Shown here piece by piece: positions 21,823-35,424 of a DNA stretch of 64,000 bases (positions are counted from its first letter, which is position 1; each line of letters starts with the position of its first letter). The DNA comes from Yuukianura sp. NJ FZ-2021 (taxonomy: Eukaryota). The notes under the pieces were generated by a model. It saw only the letters and a program-made list of their open reading frames with translations, was not told where the DNA came from and did no database searches. The stretch spans positions 434,001-498,000 of the forward strand of contig JAJCTO010000011.1 of the NCBI GenBank assembly GCA_046563655.1. Direction: 5' to 3'. The position numbers and the translations under genes are program-made.

Positions 21823-22970
21823 TGTGTTTCTCCAAATTCCTTCAATTTTGTTTTTGACAATCCAGTGATCCAGTTTTTTGATTAATTCCGGACTGAGAGT
21901 TCTCGTTGCCATGAGTCTAACTTTCCTTTTCGAATAAAACTTGTTACAGGGTTGTCAATGACCTTGGCCAGAACATCATAAGTGTCTTACCTGTTCATTG
22001 AACAATTCTTTTTCATTGAGTCGAAGCTGAGATGCTCGGCAAGTTTGGCAAGTTGACCATCCGCGTAACATTTGTCAAGAAATGCTGCTGTTTTCCTTAC
22101 GACGCAAGGCAAATCCTTAACATAAGAATTAGTTCATTTTTTTTAATAAATTTTGTTTAAGAAAACAACGCTGGTCATTTAAAGTGTTTACTTTTGTCAT
22201 TTCTTCGTAAGTTAGAAAGAGAATGTTGGATTCATCCTTGCGGCGGGTCCAGAATTCACGGAGGTGAGGCCAATATGGCAAATGAAACCCTACAAAAACA
22301 TTTTGGAGGAATAAATAGTTTAGGCGAATAATAAGTCAAGTTTCGCAATGCGTAAAAATGGTTTGCCAAGCCACAATGGAGAATCCTTACCGTAGTCAGC
22401 TAAATATGCTTCAACAGAGTCATCCATCGTCCCGTTATAGCCACTGACGATTCTTCTGTGATGAAACGGTGATATGCATTGATCTTTTGGATTTCGCGCT
22501 ATGTACACAATTTTTGGCTTCTTCATGAGGATTTGTTTTGATAACAATGGCAACGGAAGGTGACTTTTCAAGTAGCGAGGCGACGTCAGCTCTCGATTAT
22601 CGTCTATAGACGGCATCTTCCTCTCCGGATCAGAGACATTGCACGTATTTTTTGGTATTGCTTGTAATCCTGATCAAAAGTTTGTGTATGAGTTAGTGTC
22701 TTTCAATCAATTTCATGAAAATAATGAAGAAACAAAGTTTAATCAAAACTTAAAAAAAAAACATAATTTTGCATTTACTCTTAAACTGGAAACCGAATTC
22801 TCAGGGGAATCTTAGCTCTTTCATAAAAATCCAAGTTATTACTGAAATGCGAATGTTGTCGTAGTTGTCTGCGTAATAATCTGGCAAACATGTTCCACTT
22901 GGCTTGTAATTTACAAGTTGTACATTTTGAAATAGTGGATATCGATGAGTCAAAAGTTTGACAACATTCC
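21823..22970 (-). pseudogene. Cytosolic sulfotransferase pseudogene 2 (tandem paralog)
   Basis: SPRYLKSHLPLPLLSKQILMKKPKIVYIARNPKD, NILFLTYEEM and FIRKGKLDSW. The PRSGTTW segment is deleted (~22845), the 5' end is truncated by a repeat at ~22970, and frameshifts are present. Confidence 0.85.
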
Positions 22971-23491
22971 CGTAGCAGGTGAAATGATCAGAAATATTTG
23001 GTCAGGAGTGAAATGATCAGAAGTGAAAAGGTCAGAATTCAAAAGATCTCAGGTTAGGTTTGGTTACGTTCCTTCCTTTTCTGACCTTTTTTTTCTGATC
23101 ATTTCACTTTTGATTTTTTCACTTTCTGACCAAATTACATGGAACCATGGGAAAATTTGAATTTAAATGTTGCCTTTTTCGTAAAGCTAAAAAGACGAAT
23201 CGCTGAGGCGCTTCTGGGGTACCACTAATTAAGCTAAAGATTTAGTTTTAGTTTAGTTACACCAGGCAATTACACCTCAATGAATTAAATCAGGCGAGTT
23301 TAAAATTAAAATTAAAGTTAAAATTTTAAATTAATGACAATAATGTTATGTTAAAACAAAGAAAAAAAACAGGAAACAAAATGTGAAATTATCAGCAGTA
23401 GTCAAGAAAAGGAATCATCAGATTCATTTGCAATTTGTGAATTGGTTAATACAGTTTGTCTATGTAAAAAGAAATTAAAAAGATTTTATTT

Positions 23492-23941
23492 TTGGAGAGT
23501 TAATTGACATTAGCATGTAGCTTTATCAACCGGGGTAGGGAATTTCTGAGTTGGGTTGAGGTCCTATGGGGTGGGGCGGTGGTACAGTCAGATAGTTGGC
23601 GAGAAGTTCTGAGCGAAGGACGAAAGGCTTTCTGCTAGAGCTGAACGGGCTAGGGCCCTACCACATATCACAGCTCCAGGCAAGTGACAGGAACAGCATC
23701 GTACGCATACCGGCCCACGACCCCCCTCCACAACAGCACACTACTGACCTCTTCACACGCACCCATAACCCCCCCAAACTGACCTATTATCCGAACACCC
23801 CATCTGGGCTAGGAAAGTGGAAAAACCATTTCTGGAAAACGACTTTCGTGTCGGCGACGCCGGGACTCGAACCCGCGCCCGTCCATGGTGTTAGTAGGAT
23901 AGAGCCGGAGCTCTAGTCCCCCCGGCCTACGGGCCTTGGAC
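23492..23941 (-). mobile_element. tRNA-derived SINE
   Basis: Minus-strand head with box B GGTTCGAGTCC; 14-bp TSD AAAAGATTTTATTT at 23478-23491 and 23942-23955. Confidence 0.8.
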
Positions 23942-23989
23942 AAAAGATTTTATTTAGTTTTACAAGAAAGAGGATTCTTAAAGTCGATG

Positions 23990-26900
23990 ATACTGACTTC
24001 ACGTGCTAGGGACAAAATAATATTTGGCACTTTTGGAGCGAAGAAGTGCGGGTGAAAGAATTTACTTGCAGCAATGCAAGTTCCATTCCTCGTGGACATG
24101 GTGTTGCTTAGGCACGCAAGTACTTCTGAGATGAGGGGTTGAAAGTACGGAATGTTGTGTCCGGAAATTTTAGAGGAAGTAAGAAGATGTTCTAATTTTT
24201 TGAGTTGAGACGGAATTAGTCAGTTGAGATCCTCATTAATCTTCACACTCACGGGTTCCCTTTTATTCATTTGAAAAATAAAGCGTGCGCATCTTCTGTG
24301 AAGGGCGTCGATGCAGTTAAATGGTGAGGTTTTACAGTTTGACCAAATGATGAGCATGTAGCGAGGAATTGGAGTTACGTAAGAACTGATCATCAGTTTT
24401 CTATGTTTTTGATTCAAAACATGCTGAATTGGATATAACGACCACAGTACACTATTGCACTATTTTATCACAGTGACGCTATGTTCACACCAGGATATGT
24501 TTATTGTTTGGCCAAAGGACTTGAAGGGGGTTACACTTTCGATGATCGAGTCTCGGATTCTGAGATGAATGGAACCAATTTTCTTAATTATTTTTTCTTT
24601 ACCAGCCAGCATTGTTTTAGTTTTTTTGATGTTGAGGGCCATGTGGTTACAATGCATCCAATCGTCGATTTCACAAATCAGACTTTCAGCTCGTTGTATT
24701 AAGAAGTAAATTTTGTCAGGATGATCACCGATCACAATGTTGTTATCGTCGGCGAATAGGATTGCTGAGCCGTCAACTAGAAAGTCCAGTAAGTCGTTGA
24801 CCATAATTTTGAAAAGGAGTGGTCCAAGCACTGAACCTTGTGGAACAGACAGAATGGTTGGGGATGAAGATGAGTATTGATCATTAATTTTGACACTTTG
24901 CGTTCGGTTGCATAGGTAGGACTCAAACCATTTTGTGTTAATCTTGTATCATTTCAATTTGTCAATTAAAATTCCCTTGTCAACTGTATCGAACGCTTTT
25001 TTTAGGCCGAGAGAGATCACCAAACACACTTCACCCCGATGCACATGTGAGTAGATTAATTGTGTGAGTGGAAGCTGAGCCATTGTGGTTGAGTAATGTT
25101 CCCGGAATCCGAATTGAGCACGGTGAAGTATAGAGTACTTGCTTAAGAATTCAGTTAGTTGGACGAGAGCAAATCTTTCCATGAATTTTGCTAATGCTGG
25201 TTGAAGGAAAATTGGACGAGTCTCTGATGGGTGTGCTGGATTCGAGAATTTTGGCAGTGGTACTATAACAATAGAGTGTTTTAGGTCACACGGGAAAACA
25301 CCAGAGGAGAAGCTGTCGTTAATTATCTTCATTAAAAGGTATGAAACCCGCTTGTGAAAGAGGGGCTAGCTTTTGTGGTAATGTATACGAACACACATAA
25401 AAAAACGTATCACTTTTGGGAACCCGTTTGAGATACATTAGTATCATTTATTTTCATGAAGCTATCTTGCATTACCATTTGCCCAGGCGGAAATCCCTTA
25501 AAACAACCCGTCCACCTGATTAATGTTTAACGTGTAGGAAGGACATGACCATTCGAATGACGACATGTCACTTGCCTGTGTTTGGTTTAATTTTATGTGA
25601 GGTCATCGCTCTGGGTCAAGGGTCAAATGTCACAGGTTAACATGTTATACATCAATCGACTGCATTTAGCCTCTGCTTTCGAATGACATGTCACTTGCCT
25701 ATGTTCAGCTTAATTCTATATGAGGTCACCGCTCTGGGTCAAGGGTCAGAGGTCATAGATCATCGTATCATACGTCAATCAACTCCTTTCAACCTCCCCG
25801 TTCAAATGATATATCACATGCCTATTTTCGGCTTAAATCTGTGTCAAGTCACCGCTCTTGGTCAAAGGGCACAGGTCAATGTGTCGTACATCAATCGACT
25901 GCGTTTGACCTCTGCTTTCGAATGACATGTCACTTGCCTTTGGTTGGTACGATTTTGTGAGGTCATCGCGCTACGTCAAGGGTCAAAGGTCATAGGTCAA
26001 AATGTCAAATAGCCTATGCTCTTTGGGGTGACCTCACAAAGAAAGGGACACCTCATTTGTCCCAATCGGTCCAGTAGTTTCGGAGGAGTAGCAGGACTTT
26101 GATTTCGGACTTTGATTTCGCATGAGGTTACTGCGCTGGGTCAAATGTCAAAGGTCAGAAGTCATAATGTGATACGTCAATCGACTTCATTTGACCTACC
26201 CTTTCGATTAATATATTACATGCCTATGTTTCCTCTGATTTCGCATGAGTTCACTGCTCTGGGTCAAAGGTCAAAGGTCAGAGGTCATCATGTGAAACGT
26301 CAATCGACTTCATTTGATCTACCCTTTCGATTAATATATTACATGCCTATGTTTCCTCTGATTTCGCATGAGGTCAGTGCGCTGGGTCAAAGGTCAAAGG
26401 TCAGATCAACATGTGACATAGCCTACGCTCTTCGGGGTGACCTCACGAAGAAAAAGACACCTCATTTGTCCAAATCGGTCCAGTAGTTTTGGAGGAGTAA
26501 AGGAACAGACACACACACGCACACACAGATAAACAGGGTCTCGATTTTATATAAGTAGATTTGATTTCTAATAGAAGGAGCACCGACACTGTGGGCTAGG
26601 ACTCAATTAGGAAGTCCAAATTGGTCTTTACTTTTGAAATATTTGTTTTTGACTTTTTTGAAAATGTGAATGTATCGATTGGGTTTAAGTTGAACTGCTC
26701 GGTCGGCGTAATGGTTGATGTTGGCTGTCGTGGACATCGAGTAGAAACAATTTGTGTTGTTGTAATCGACGTGTAGTAGTCGTTGATTTGATCCACATTA
26801 AGAGGGAGTTGTCCAATCATGGCTTTTTTTCGGTTTAATTTTCTGAATCGCTTTAAATGGACCCAGTTTCTCGATATCAAGATTTAATGCGTCCTTTCTG

Positions 26901-27260
26901 CCTTGGGTTACTGCAGTTTTGATTCTCTTTTTAAGAAAATGGAGTTGGTTCTTCTGTACATCGGATTTGGGATTGATTTTTAGAACTTGATTACGGGTTC
27001 GAACTAATTTCTTCGTTTCATCAGAAATAGTAAACACGGCACTGCAAGGGAAAAAGGATAGTGTTTTCACTTTGACTGTTTCATCAAAGTTTCTTCTCAG
27101 TTTTCTCATAAGTGTTAGTACTTGTGCGTTTAGTTCGTCCTGTTCATCACTGAATGAGGTACAAATATTTTTTTAAGACTAAATTCCTCGTAATCAAAAT
27201 TTTTGTAATCGATGTACTTTACTTTCACTTTAACGAGTTTCGGCTTTACTAGGTTCACTG
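23990..27260 (-). mobile_element. Degenerate CR1/L2-group non-LTR retrotransposon (RT fragments), split by an insertion
   Basis: AQFGFREHYST, LKKAFDTVD, VPQGSVLGPLLF..VNDL, FADD, LNIKKTK; multiple frameshifts; boundaries approximate. Confidence 0.85.
25334..26559 (-). mobile_element. Non-autonomous Helitron-like element with internal ~120-bp GGTCA-rich subrepeats
   Basis: Minus strand begins A|TCTACTTATATAAA followed by a TG microsatellite; small hairpin near 25346-25365; interrupts the LINE. Canonical 3' CTRR end not clearly placed. Confidence 0.5.
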
Positions 27261-27699
27261 ATAGAATATAGCCCAAAATCCTAAAGTCCATAAAAAAGTG
27301 GGCTTGGTGGTAGTCGAATGAAATTTTTACCAGTTGTTAGGGTCAATACTAGGGTCATAGTTGCAAATTTTCAGATACCTAGAAACGATAGGTCACGGGG
27401 GGTCAAAAGTCACCTTGTCATCCTATTACGACCCCATGCAAGTAGCATATCTTTGGAACGGGTTTGATCTCCTGATTCAGGAAATGTATATATGTCACTA
27501 TCTGCGATGTAAGACAACAAAGTTATTGCATATAATATGTCGCAGTAGGAAATTGGAAATCGATTGCGACAAGGGTTTTAAAATTAAAGTCGCCGTAACT
27601 GTGTTTTTGCCAAATACTGTCGCTGCTTTCCAATAATGACATTCTGAATTGTCGCCTGGTTTGCCGCAGTTGGAGGGACGCATCAATGTTCCTTGTGCT

Positions 27700-30600
27700 A
27701 CGCAAATGTCACAAGCCAATTCACTTCCGAAGCAACAATGACATCAAATACTTCTCGTGGCTCATTCGCACAACTCCAGGATTACACGTTCCATTTTCCA
27801 AGTTTGTTTTTACAGTTGATAAAGACATTGAACTAAATACAATTGAAGATTTTTTGAAAATTATTCTGATGAAACTAAATCGAAATTATTTTTTGACTTC
27901 TTTTCAGCAAAATTTAAAACTGATAATGTTCAAACCAACATACAAGGAAATTTTTTCCAACTTTTACCAAAATTGAATCATGACCAAATTGATTATATGT
28001 CTAAAGTCATTTCCTCTGAGGAAATCAAAATTGCTATTTCTCAACTGAAGAATGATACCTGTCCCGGTCTTGATGGGATTTCAAGTGAATTTATTAAAAC
28101 ATTCATACCAGGATTTACTAAAATATACGAATGGTTATGGAGCGAATGCTTAAGTCGCGATGAAATGCCAGACTCTCTTAAATGTGGACATGTTACACTA
28201 ATTTACAAAAAAGATAGCCCCACTGATCTCTCCAATTGGAGACCAATCATTACGTCAAATTCTGATTACAAAGTTTTCTCCGCGATTTTTAAAAATAGAA
28301 TTTCAAAATACCTTGATTATTTGACTTCTCCTGCTCAAACCTGCAACGTTCCGGGTAGGAATATTTTCCAAAACTTAAAAATTCTTGATCGAAAATATTA
28401 ACGATAATAACGATGGGGCAATTCTTGCAATTGACCAAGAATCTGCATTCGATAATATAAACCATGACTATTTATTTTCAATTTTAAAGTACTATGGATT
28501 TCCCCACAGCTTTGCCAACTCAATGAAGATACTTTACAAAAACAGTTTTGTCCATGTAAACTATGGCAACGGCTTAACGAAGAAGATTAAAATTGGCAAA
28601 GGCGTAAAACAAGGTGATCCTATTGCGTCTTCTTTGTATATTCTTTGCTTCGAACCTTTGGTTCGAAACCTCTCTGAAAAGTTAACTAAAATCCGACCTA
28701 GCCCTTTCCTAAATTATCCAAATTCTAACATCAGTGCTTATGCCGACGACACGACAATTTTTATTTCTGAACTGAGTCAATTTGACGTTGTTGTTAAAGA
28801 GTTTGAAATTTACGAAAAGTATTCAGGCGGAAAAATTAAGGACTCTAAAACTGAAGTTCTACTTATTGGGAAATGGAAACAGCTGAACATACAAACAAGT
28901 TTTAAAAGTGTAAAACAAATTAAAGTCCTAGGAGTCGTTTTTGGCGAAAAATTTGAAAATAATTGGAACTCCTTGATGGGTAAAATAAAGTTAAAAATTG
29001 ATTCTTTTAAAATCAAGTATCCAAACTCTAGCCTTTTTCTGAAATCGGAAATTTTAAATTTGTTTATCCTACCACTTACCAGTTTCCTTTTAAAAATCCT
29101 GAAACCCTCAGAAAATTTTGTCAAAAATCTTGAAGATGTTATTTGTGATTATACAGTGGAAGTTGTCAATAAGGGACAGAAGCCCCTCCTCTTTCTGACT
29201 TTCACTCGCAGGCGGGTTACCGTGAGTTTTAAATTTTGGAGGGAACATACTCTCGGACAAATGAGCCTGTGGAGTCGCAAATTCAAAAGTTTTTTGGAAA
29301 TTGTAAAACTTTTTCACACTTCACGCGTATGCACCTCTTTCCTCCCGGTCTCCCTCTCTCAGGCGCTATGCTTCACTCCTATATATCTGTGTGGGGGAAG
29401 GCGTGTTGTGAGTGGTGGCCTTCACTCAAACCAAAAAATGTTCCACTGCTCCTAACTCCACTAACCCGTCTACAAGAATCGTTACGGTACTCGGGGAGGA
29501 GTTTTTCTTGATTCCTCCAATCGTGAATTTTTCCCTTATTGACAACTTCCACTGTATATGGGAAAGAAAAAGAAATTGGTTAAAAAATCTTTCATTTATC
29601 TGCCGAAGGCATTAGGTGGTCTTGGAATTAAACACCCAAAAATTCAGAGCTTCATATTTCAAATTCGAGATTTAAAAGAATTAACACAAGTCAATGATAA
29701 TCATTATTACCTCAAAAAATCTAAAACAGATACTTTTAAAATCTTATTTGAACATTCTTATGAAGATGATTATTTCTCTGAACTCTGTGTTGCGATTAAT
29801 AAAATCAAACTAAACTTCCAAGAGCTACCTGAAGCTCTTTTAAATAAAATTTGTATACAAAATAGATCAATTTTTCCGACACAATTCAAGCTACTTGAAT
29901 CCATTGGAATGAAGTATATTTCTGAAATTTCTGCAGTCAAAGAATTAACAGTTCCAGTTTTTCGCAAACGAACTTTTGAATCCGATATTAAAACTTTTGA
30001 AGAAAATTTAACTTTTTCTAAACAAAATTTATCAAGGAAGGGTCAAAAAGTAAAGTTGAAAGCGGTTAATCCAATTGATGGTGCATATATTCCTTACAGC
30101 AATATACACATGAATATTTGACAACTTTCTTTGCAATTTTTCACTATGAGAAACTCTCATTAACCGACAAACAGAAACTGAAGTCGAAAATGTGGGAAAG
30201 ATTAAAAAATGAGTTACTGCCAATCCATATTAAATCTCTTATTTGGAGACTTTGGCATAATGCCATTATGTCTTTTGACATTGCCAAAAATATGGGTTTA
30301 ATTTCGGATGGTAGTTGCCCATACTACCGCCAAACAAAGACTAATTGTTCGCACTTAGTTTTGTGTACATCTACCAAAAAATTGTGGGAATATGTCCAAT
30401 TATTATTGCAAAAATCAAATTCAAGGGATCTGATATATGATAAGACTTTTGGTTGTAATAACGATTTTGCTAATTACCTTATTTTTTGTGCAATATACAT
30501 TTTATACAATTGATTTATCTATAACATTAATTCTGGTAAGACAGATTTTGATATTTTAGGTAAATATAAGCAATTTCTATTTCAAGCTATATATTTAAGT

Positions 30601-30845
30601 TTTCATAGCTTTAGAAGTAAGAATGACAGCAGAATTTAGAAGACTTTGGTCTGAAGCCGAATTTATTGAAATTAACCAAAGTTCTGTTGAAATTAAGTTG
30701 TAATTTTATTTATATTAGAACTTATTTACTTTGTTAATAGTAATTTAGTTTATTGCTAATTATCCTTTTTGCTAGATACTACCATGCCTTTGTAAACTAA
30801 ATCTCTTAACTCAAGAAAAATAAATCTTTTGACATTTAAAAAAAA
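27700..30845 (+). mobile_element. 5'-truncated L1/Tx1-clade non-LTR retrotransposon (ORF2 pseudogene)
   Basis: CPGLDGISSEF, NWRPII..DYKV, DQESAFD, GVKQGDP, YADD, YLPKALGGLG, C-terminal CPY..H..C remnant, AATAAA and A tail at ~30818-30845; several frameshifts. Confidence 0.9.
29154..29554. mobile_element. Tc1/mariner (pogo/Tigger-like) MITE inside the L1/Tx1 ORF
   Basis: Perfect 23-bp TIRs CAGTGGAAGTTGTCAATAAGGGA / TCCCTTATTGACAACTTCCACTG; TA TSD. Confidence 0.9.
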
Positions 30846-31680
30846 TTCTTGAAAACCACGCAAGTCACTGAAATCAGTTTACTGTCGAAGGTTCGCAAGA
30901 AATGGAGTTTGAAACTTCCAAATTGGAAATCAAAAAGTCGCTCCTGGGGAAGTGACTATGGGCGCTCAGTTCAAAGAATACTTCTTACTACTTCAAATTT
31001 AGCATCTTTGTATCTAGTAGTTTCCTACGGAACCGACTTCCCTGCCGCAAATGAGACAAGTTGTGCTGAAGCGTTTCGAAATTTAAAAAAGTTCAAGGTT
31101 AAATTCATACATCCCTATCGAGATGTTTCTGAGGATCCAAAGTTGTTTGAGAAAATCATCAAGCACTCTCCGCATTTAAAAGTACTTTCGCTACTTTTGT
31201 AGAGTTGAGTACAATTACCCCGATATTCCTTTGGCGTTGCGTTACCATACTAACTCGTATAACCCTCACAAAAAAATTATGCGTACACTCGAACTCCAAA
31301 AGTTACCAAACTTAGGTTAGGCTTCGTATGCTTAATGCCAAAGTCAAAGTAAGGTTTGACCTTGGTTCACCTAACCACGACCTAACCTTAACCCCTGGGT
31401 CAAAGTTATTTTCATATTTTTAATGAAAAAGTGAACCGAGGCTGGCTAACCTGACGGTCAAAGTCAGGTTAACCGAAGGTTAGTTTCCACTTGTCACATT
31501 TTCCTTCACGTATGCAGTTGAGCATTAGTGGCGAAAAAATGTGACAACTAGAATTTACTAACTAATCGCAGCTGTGTGTAAAATTGTAATATGGAAATAT
31601 TGCAAAACCGAAGTCATTACTAATTTTTTCTAATTTTTCCTTCAATTTGCTAATTCGTAATTATCAAACAACTAGTTCTA

Positions 31681-32007
31681 ATGGCACAACAGTTAGGTAG
31701 TGACTCTGAAAACGAACATTCCCAGCTGGAAGATGAAGTTGGAAGCTGTCCATGGGTAGCGAAGGCTAAACCATTTTCGGAATACGAAAAGACTCTGCTA
31801 CTCGAGCTGGTAACTGAGCACAAGGCAATCATTGAGGACAAAAGAACAGATTACGGAACAGACAATAAGAAAAAAGAAATCTGGACAAAAATTAGCTCAA
31901 AATTTTCGAGTGACAATGGTGTCCAGAAGCGGTCAGCACCTCAATTGAAGAACTGGTGGTTGAACTCCAAGAAACGAGCAAAAAAGACGTACAGCATGAT
32001 ATCTTAA
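31681..32007 (+). pseudogene. Harbinger Myb/SANT-like DNA-binding protein, C-terminally truncated
   Basis: FSEYEKTLLLELV..IIEDK..KKEIWTKISSKF..RSAPQLKNWWLNSKKRAKK. Confidence 0.8.
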
Positions 32008-32776
32008 ATACTGTTTTGGAATTGGTTTAATTCTTGATTTTCCAATTTTAGCGATAAGATGCAATTGTCAAAGATTCTACTATCGTGTGCTGATCCATAC
32101 CATCGGGCGACAAGATTTGTGAAATTCAGATCCCCGTCACAAACTGCTTGAACGTTAATTGAGAAATGTCCCTTCCGGTTTCTAAATAGTTCAGCATCGT
32201 CACCTCCCGGACTGTTTATTTTGACATGGGTGCAGTCAACTGCTCCTACTACTCCTGTTAAAAAAATTAATTTGCATGTAAAATAGCAAACATCAGTACA
32301 AATAACTATGTTAAACTTATAACTCACCAGGAAAACTAGCAATTTCGTAAAAACGTTCACGGACAGACGAGGAAACGAGGGGAACTTGACATATTCTGGC
32401 AACATTTTGGCAATAACTTTTCAGACTCGCTTGATCAATCGAGATACTGTCGATTGATTCAGAGTAGAGTAATCTCCGATGAGGTTTTGAAAGCTTCCGG
32501 TAGAGTAGAATCGTAGGACGGCCAAAAATTGAATTGTTGGAGGTAGTTGACAGCCTTTTTTTGTTCACTGACTAATTCTGGAGCAATTAAACGTATCACA
32601 TAGCTAGCAGTATCTTTGAACATATGGTACCTTTTTTTAAACTCAATTCCATTGTAAAATTCTAGGGGATTTTCACGATCCTTCAATCTGATCAACGGTA
32701 CTTTTCTGATTAGTTGACGACGGTGGAGTCGTCTACAAAGTCGTCTTAAGCGAGAAAATGAAGTTTCATTAGCCAT
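32004..32776 (-). pseudogene. Harbinger (HARBI1-like) DDE transposase remnant
   Basis: GVVGAVDCTHVKI, NRKGHFSINVQAVCD, ARWYGSAHDSRIF; intron ~32258-32327; internal lesion at ~32460 and loss of the C-terminus. Confidence 0.88.
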
Positions 32777-33539
32777 TATTTTTTTTAAAAGTAAAATTTC
32801 TAAAATTTCGGAAAAAACTGATCGCTAACCCTACCCCCTGATCAGGGTTAGATTTTTGACCTCGGGTTACGGTTCACTCAGCTTACCAAGTGTCACATTT
32901 TCGATTAAACATATGAAATCCTAACTTTTACTCGAGGGTAAAAGTTGAGTTGACCACGGGTTGAACCATTGGTCAAAGTAATTTGAAAACTGCATTAAAC
33001 ATATGAAAACCTTACTTTGACCTGTGAGTCAAGGTAAGGTTACGCTTACTTTGGCATTAAGCATACGACCCTTAGTAGTATGCAGACTACACCACTCGTC
33101 AATCCCCCACTAGACCACTTGTAAATCCCCTCCAATGTAAACAGGCTTGACCAATACCTCAAAAGCACGCTAGACCACTTGTCAATACCTTTTCTAAATA
33201 ACCAGACCGTTTGGCAACAAAAATTACGTAATTAAATCACGCTAATGATCTAAGACCATAAATATGTCATTTAGCCACTTTAGTAGAAAGTCTTCTTCTG
33301 AGTTATGCCTAAATCAGTGCAAAACAGATTTCCAAATTGGTTGTTCCGCTTTCATATCCCCCTAAGGCGTGTTCATACTATCCAAAATGTTTACATAAAC
33401 ATTTTGGATAGTATGAACACACCTTCTCCAGAGTATACATCTCTTATTCAAAAACAACAGCCAAAGTTCCAGCACACAAATCCATTTGGCAAACTCCTGG
33501 GAAGCCATAATCAAATTTTTGGAGTCTTTCATAAATTAT

Positions 33540-33948
33540 GAAAATCCACTTTTTCTCCAAAAACAAATAGCTAGAGACTTAGAAGGTGATGCTGCTTGGA
33601 AACAATATTTTGGAATTTTTAAACCCTTCATACATTATGAAAATCAACTTTTTCTCTAAAAACAAAAAGCTAGAGTGTTAGGAGTTGTGATGGTGGTTTG
33701 AAAAAACAATATTTTGGAATTTTTGAAATCCTTCGTGCATTATGAAACTCCACTTTTTCTCCAAAAGTAAAAATCAAAAGAGTTAGAAGGTGAGATGCTA
33801 CTTTGAACAAACAATACTTTGGAATTTTTGAAATCCTTCTGACCATGAAGATCCACTTTTTCTCTAAAAATAAAACGTTAGAAAGTTAGGTTTGATGTTG
33901 CTTTGAAAAAAAAAACAACATTTTGGAATTTTTAAAAACCTTCATAAA
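33540..33948 (+). repeat. Degenerate ~100-108-bp tandem repeat (about 4 copies)
   Basis: Repeated CACTTTTTCTCCAAAA..AGCTAGA..TTAGAAGGTG..GATGCTG..TTTGAAAAA..ATTTTGGAATTTTT. Confidence 0.8.
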
Positions 33949-34620
33949 AGTAGTAACCACCGTGTGGCTACTACTACAAAACAAACATAACCTTGGGAGA
34001 AAAATGTAAACAAACGAATGACCTTGATCCGAATTGCGAGTTATATTTTTGAGAGTGTGAAATGTGATAGCATTGAGAGAATTAGAAGAGTCCAAGAGAA
34101 GTCATCGTCTCGTTCATCTTCATATGAATTCGTTCCAGTGGAGATGAGAACTGTAGCAGAGGATTCGACTCATCGGATCTTCATATCTCCATTTTCAGAA
34201 TTAAGAGTGCCACATGCCAAGACAAAATTTTTGCATAGTTTATGCACTCACCCTTTTCAATGGATTCTTCCACTACATTTCCAATATTCTAAGATTTTTG
34301 TTTGACGCTGTTAAATTTTTTTGTTCTAATATGTTTGATTATCGCTTTTGTCCTAAGAGTTCTGATTGTCGCTGATAGTCAAATGATTCGAGATCACCAG
34401 TTGTTATTATACATACCTACCAGCACCACCACCACCACCACAACCCCAGAAAACACCACCACCACCACCACCCCAACAAACACCACCACCACAACCATAA
34501 ACATAACCTCTCACAAGAGTTTTGTCCAGTTGTAAGTTTGTAGTCATTGATTGCTAACGCGCTGTAGTTCTTTATATCAAACCACCCATCTTACGTCAAA
34601 AATCTTTGGTGAATTACGGT

Positions 34621-35182
34621 ATGACCTTCTTTTGTGAAATTTGTGGCATCCCATTTTCTCGTACCGACGCTTTAAATCGACATCGTCGCACTGTTCATTC
34701 CGCTGGTATGTCTTCAAATCTATATCAAAACGCAGCAGAACCCGAATATCAGGAATCTGAAAATGATGACAACTCGGAGGCTGATTCAATTGAGAGCAAA
34801 TCCGAAACAAAAATGAGCAAATCGAGCATTTCACTAATCCTACATGCTCTACACAATGCTGACGTCGGGGTTCATCGATTGACTTTAGATGCCTTGCGAA
34901 CCATTGTTGAAGGTGTGGATGACGATGGCGACGATGATTCTGACATGGAGGATAAGGTCAGTGGGGACAAGGACGATGACAGTGGACTCGGAAACCTATT
35001 CCGAATCTGAAGAGGAAGACGACAAAGAGATGCATTCGGACTCCTCTGACGACGAAGATAAGGAATCAAAATTGGATTCAAATCAGCTTGAGTACTTGAT
35101 AGCAATTGTTAAAGCAGGAAAACGAAATGTAATTTGTTTGACCAAATCAGGGTTTTTGAATATTCTTGATGATATGTCATAA
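34621..35182 (+). pseudogene. C2H2 zinc-finger/acidic protein with one frameshift
   Basis: FCEICGIPFSRTDALNRHRRTVH, then D/E-rich tracts; the frame changes near 34960-35000; AATAAA at ~35242. Confidence 0.6.
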
Positions 35183-35424
35183 GCTTCCGACCGCGGCTTC
35201 TGAGTTTTGCCATACTTTGAATTTGGTTGAGAATTGAACCCAATAAATAAATTTGTTACTTGAATTTATGGCTTGGTCTTTTCAAATATTTGAATAATAA
35301 CCAGTCGTTGTGTGAACATTTGAATTTTTTACTTAGGTGAATTGTGTATAATTTATTAAAGAATAATTTGAAAATGTAGATTTTGTAGTACATACTCTAA
35401 ATGAATATATTCCAAAGCATTTGC

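Larger units (their letters stand above)
31320..33071. mobile_element. Internally deleted PIF/Harbinger transposon
   Basis: TIRs ..TCGTATGCTTAATGCCAAAGT / ACTTTGGCATTAAGCATACGA..; TTA flanks; convergent Myb-like and transposase ORFs. Confidence 0.9.

Noticed and set aside
23850..23940. Functional tRNA gene
   Set aside because: Only box B is good and no cloverleaf forms; it is embedded in a TSD-flanked 450-bp unit, so it is a SINE head.
27260..27700. Possible further DNA-transposon ends (GGTCA-rich stretch; CACTA at ~27496)
   Set aside because: No matching second terminus or TSD found, so left unannotated.
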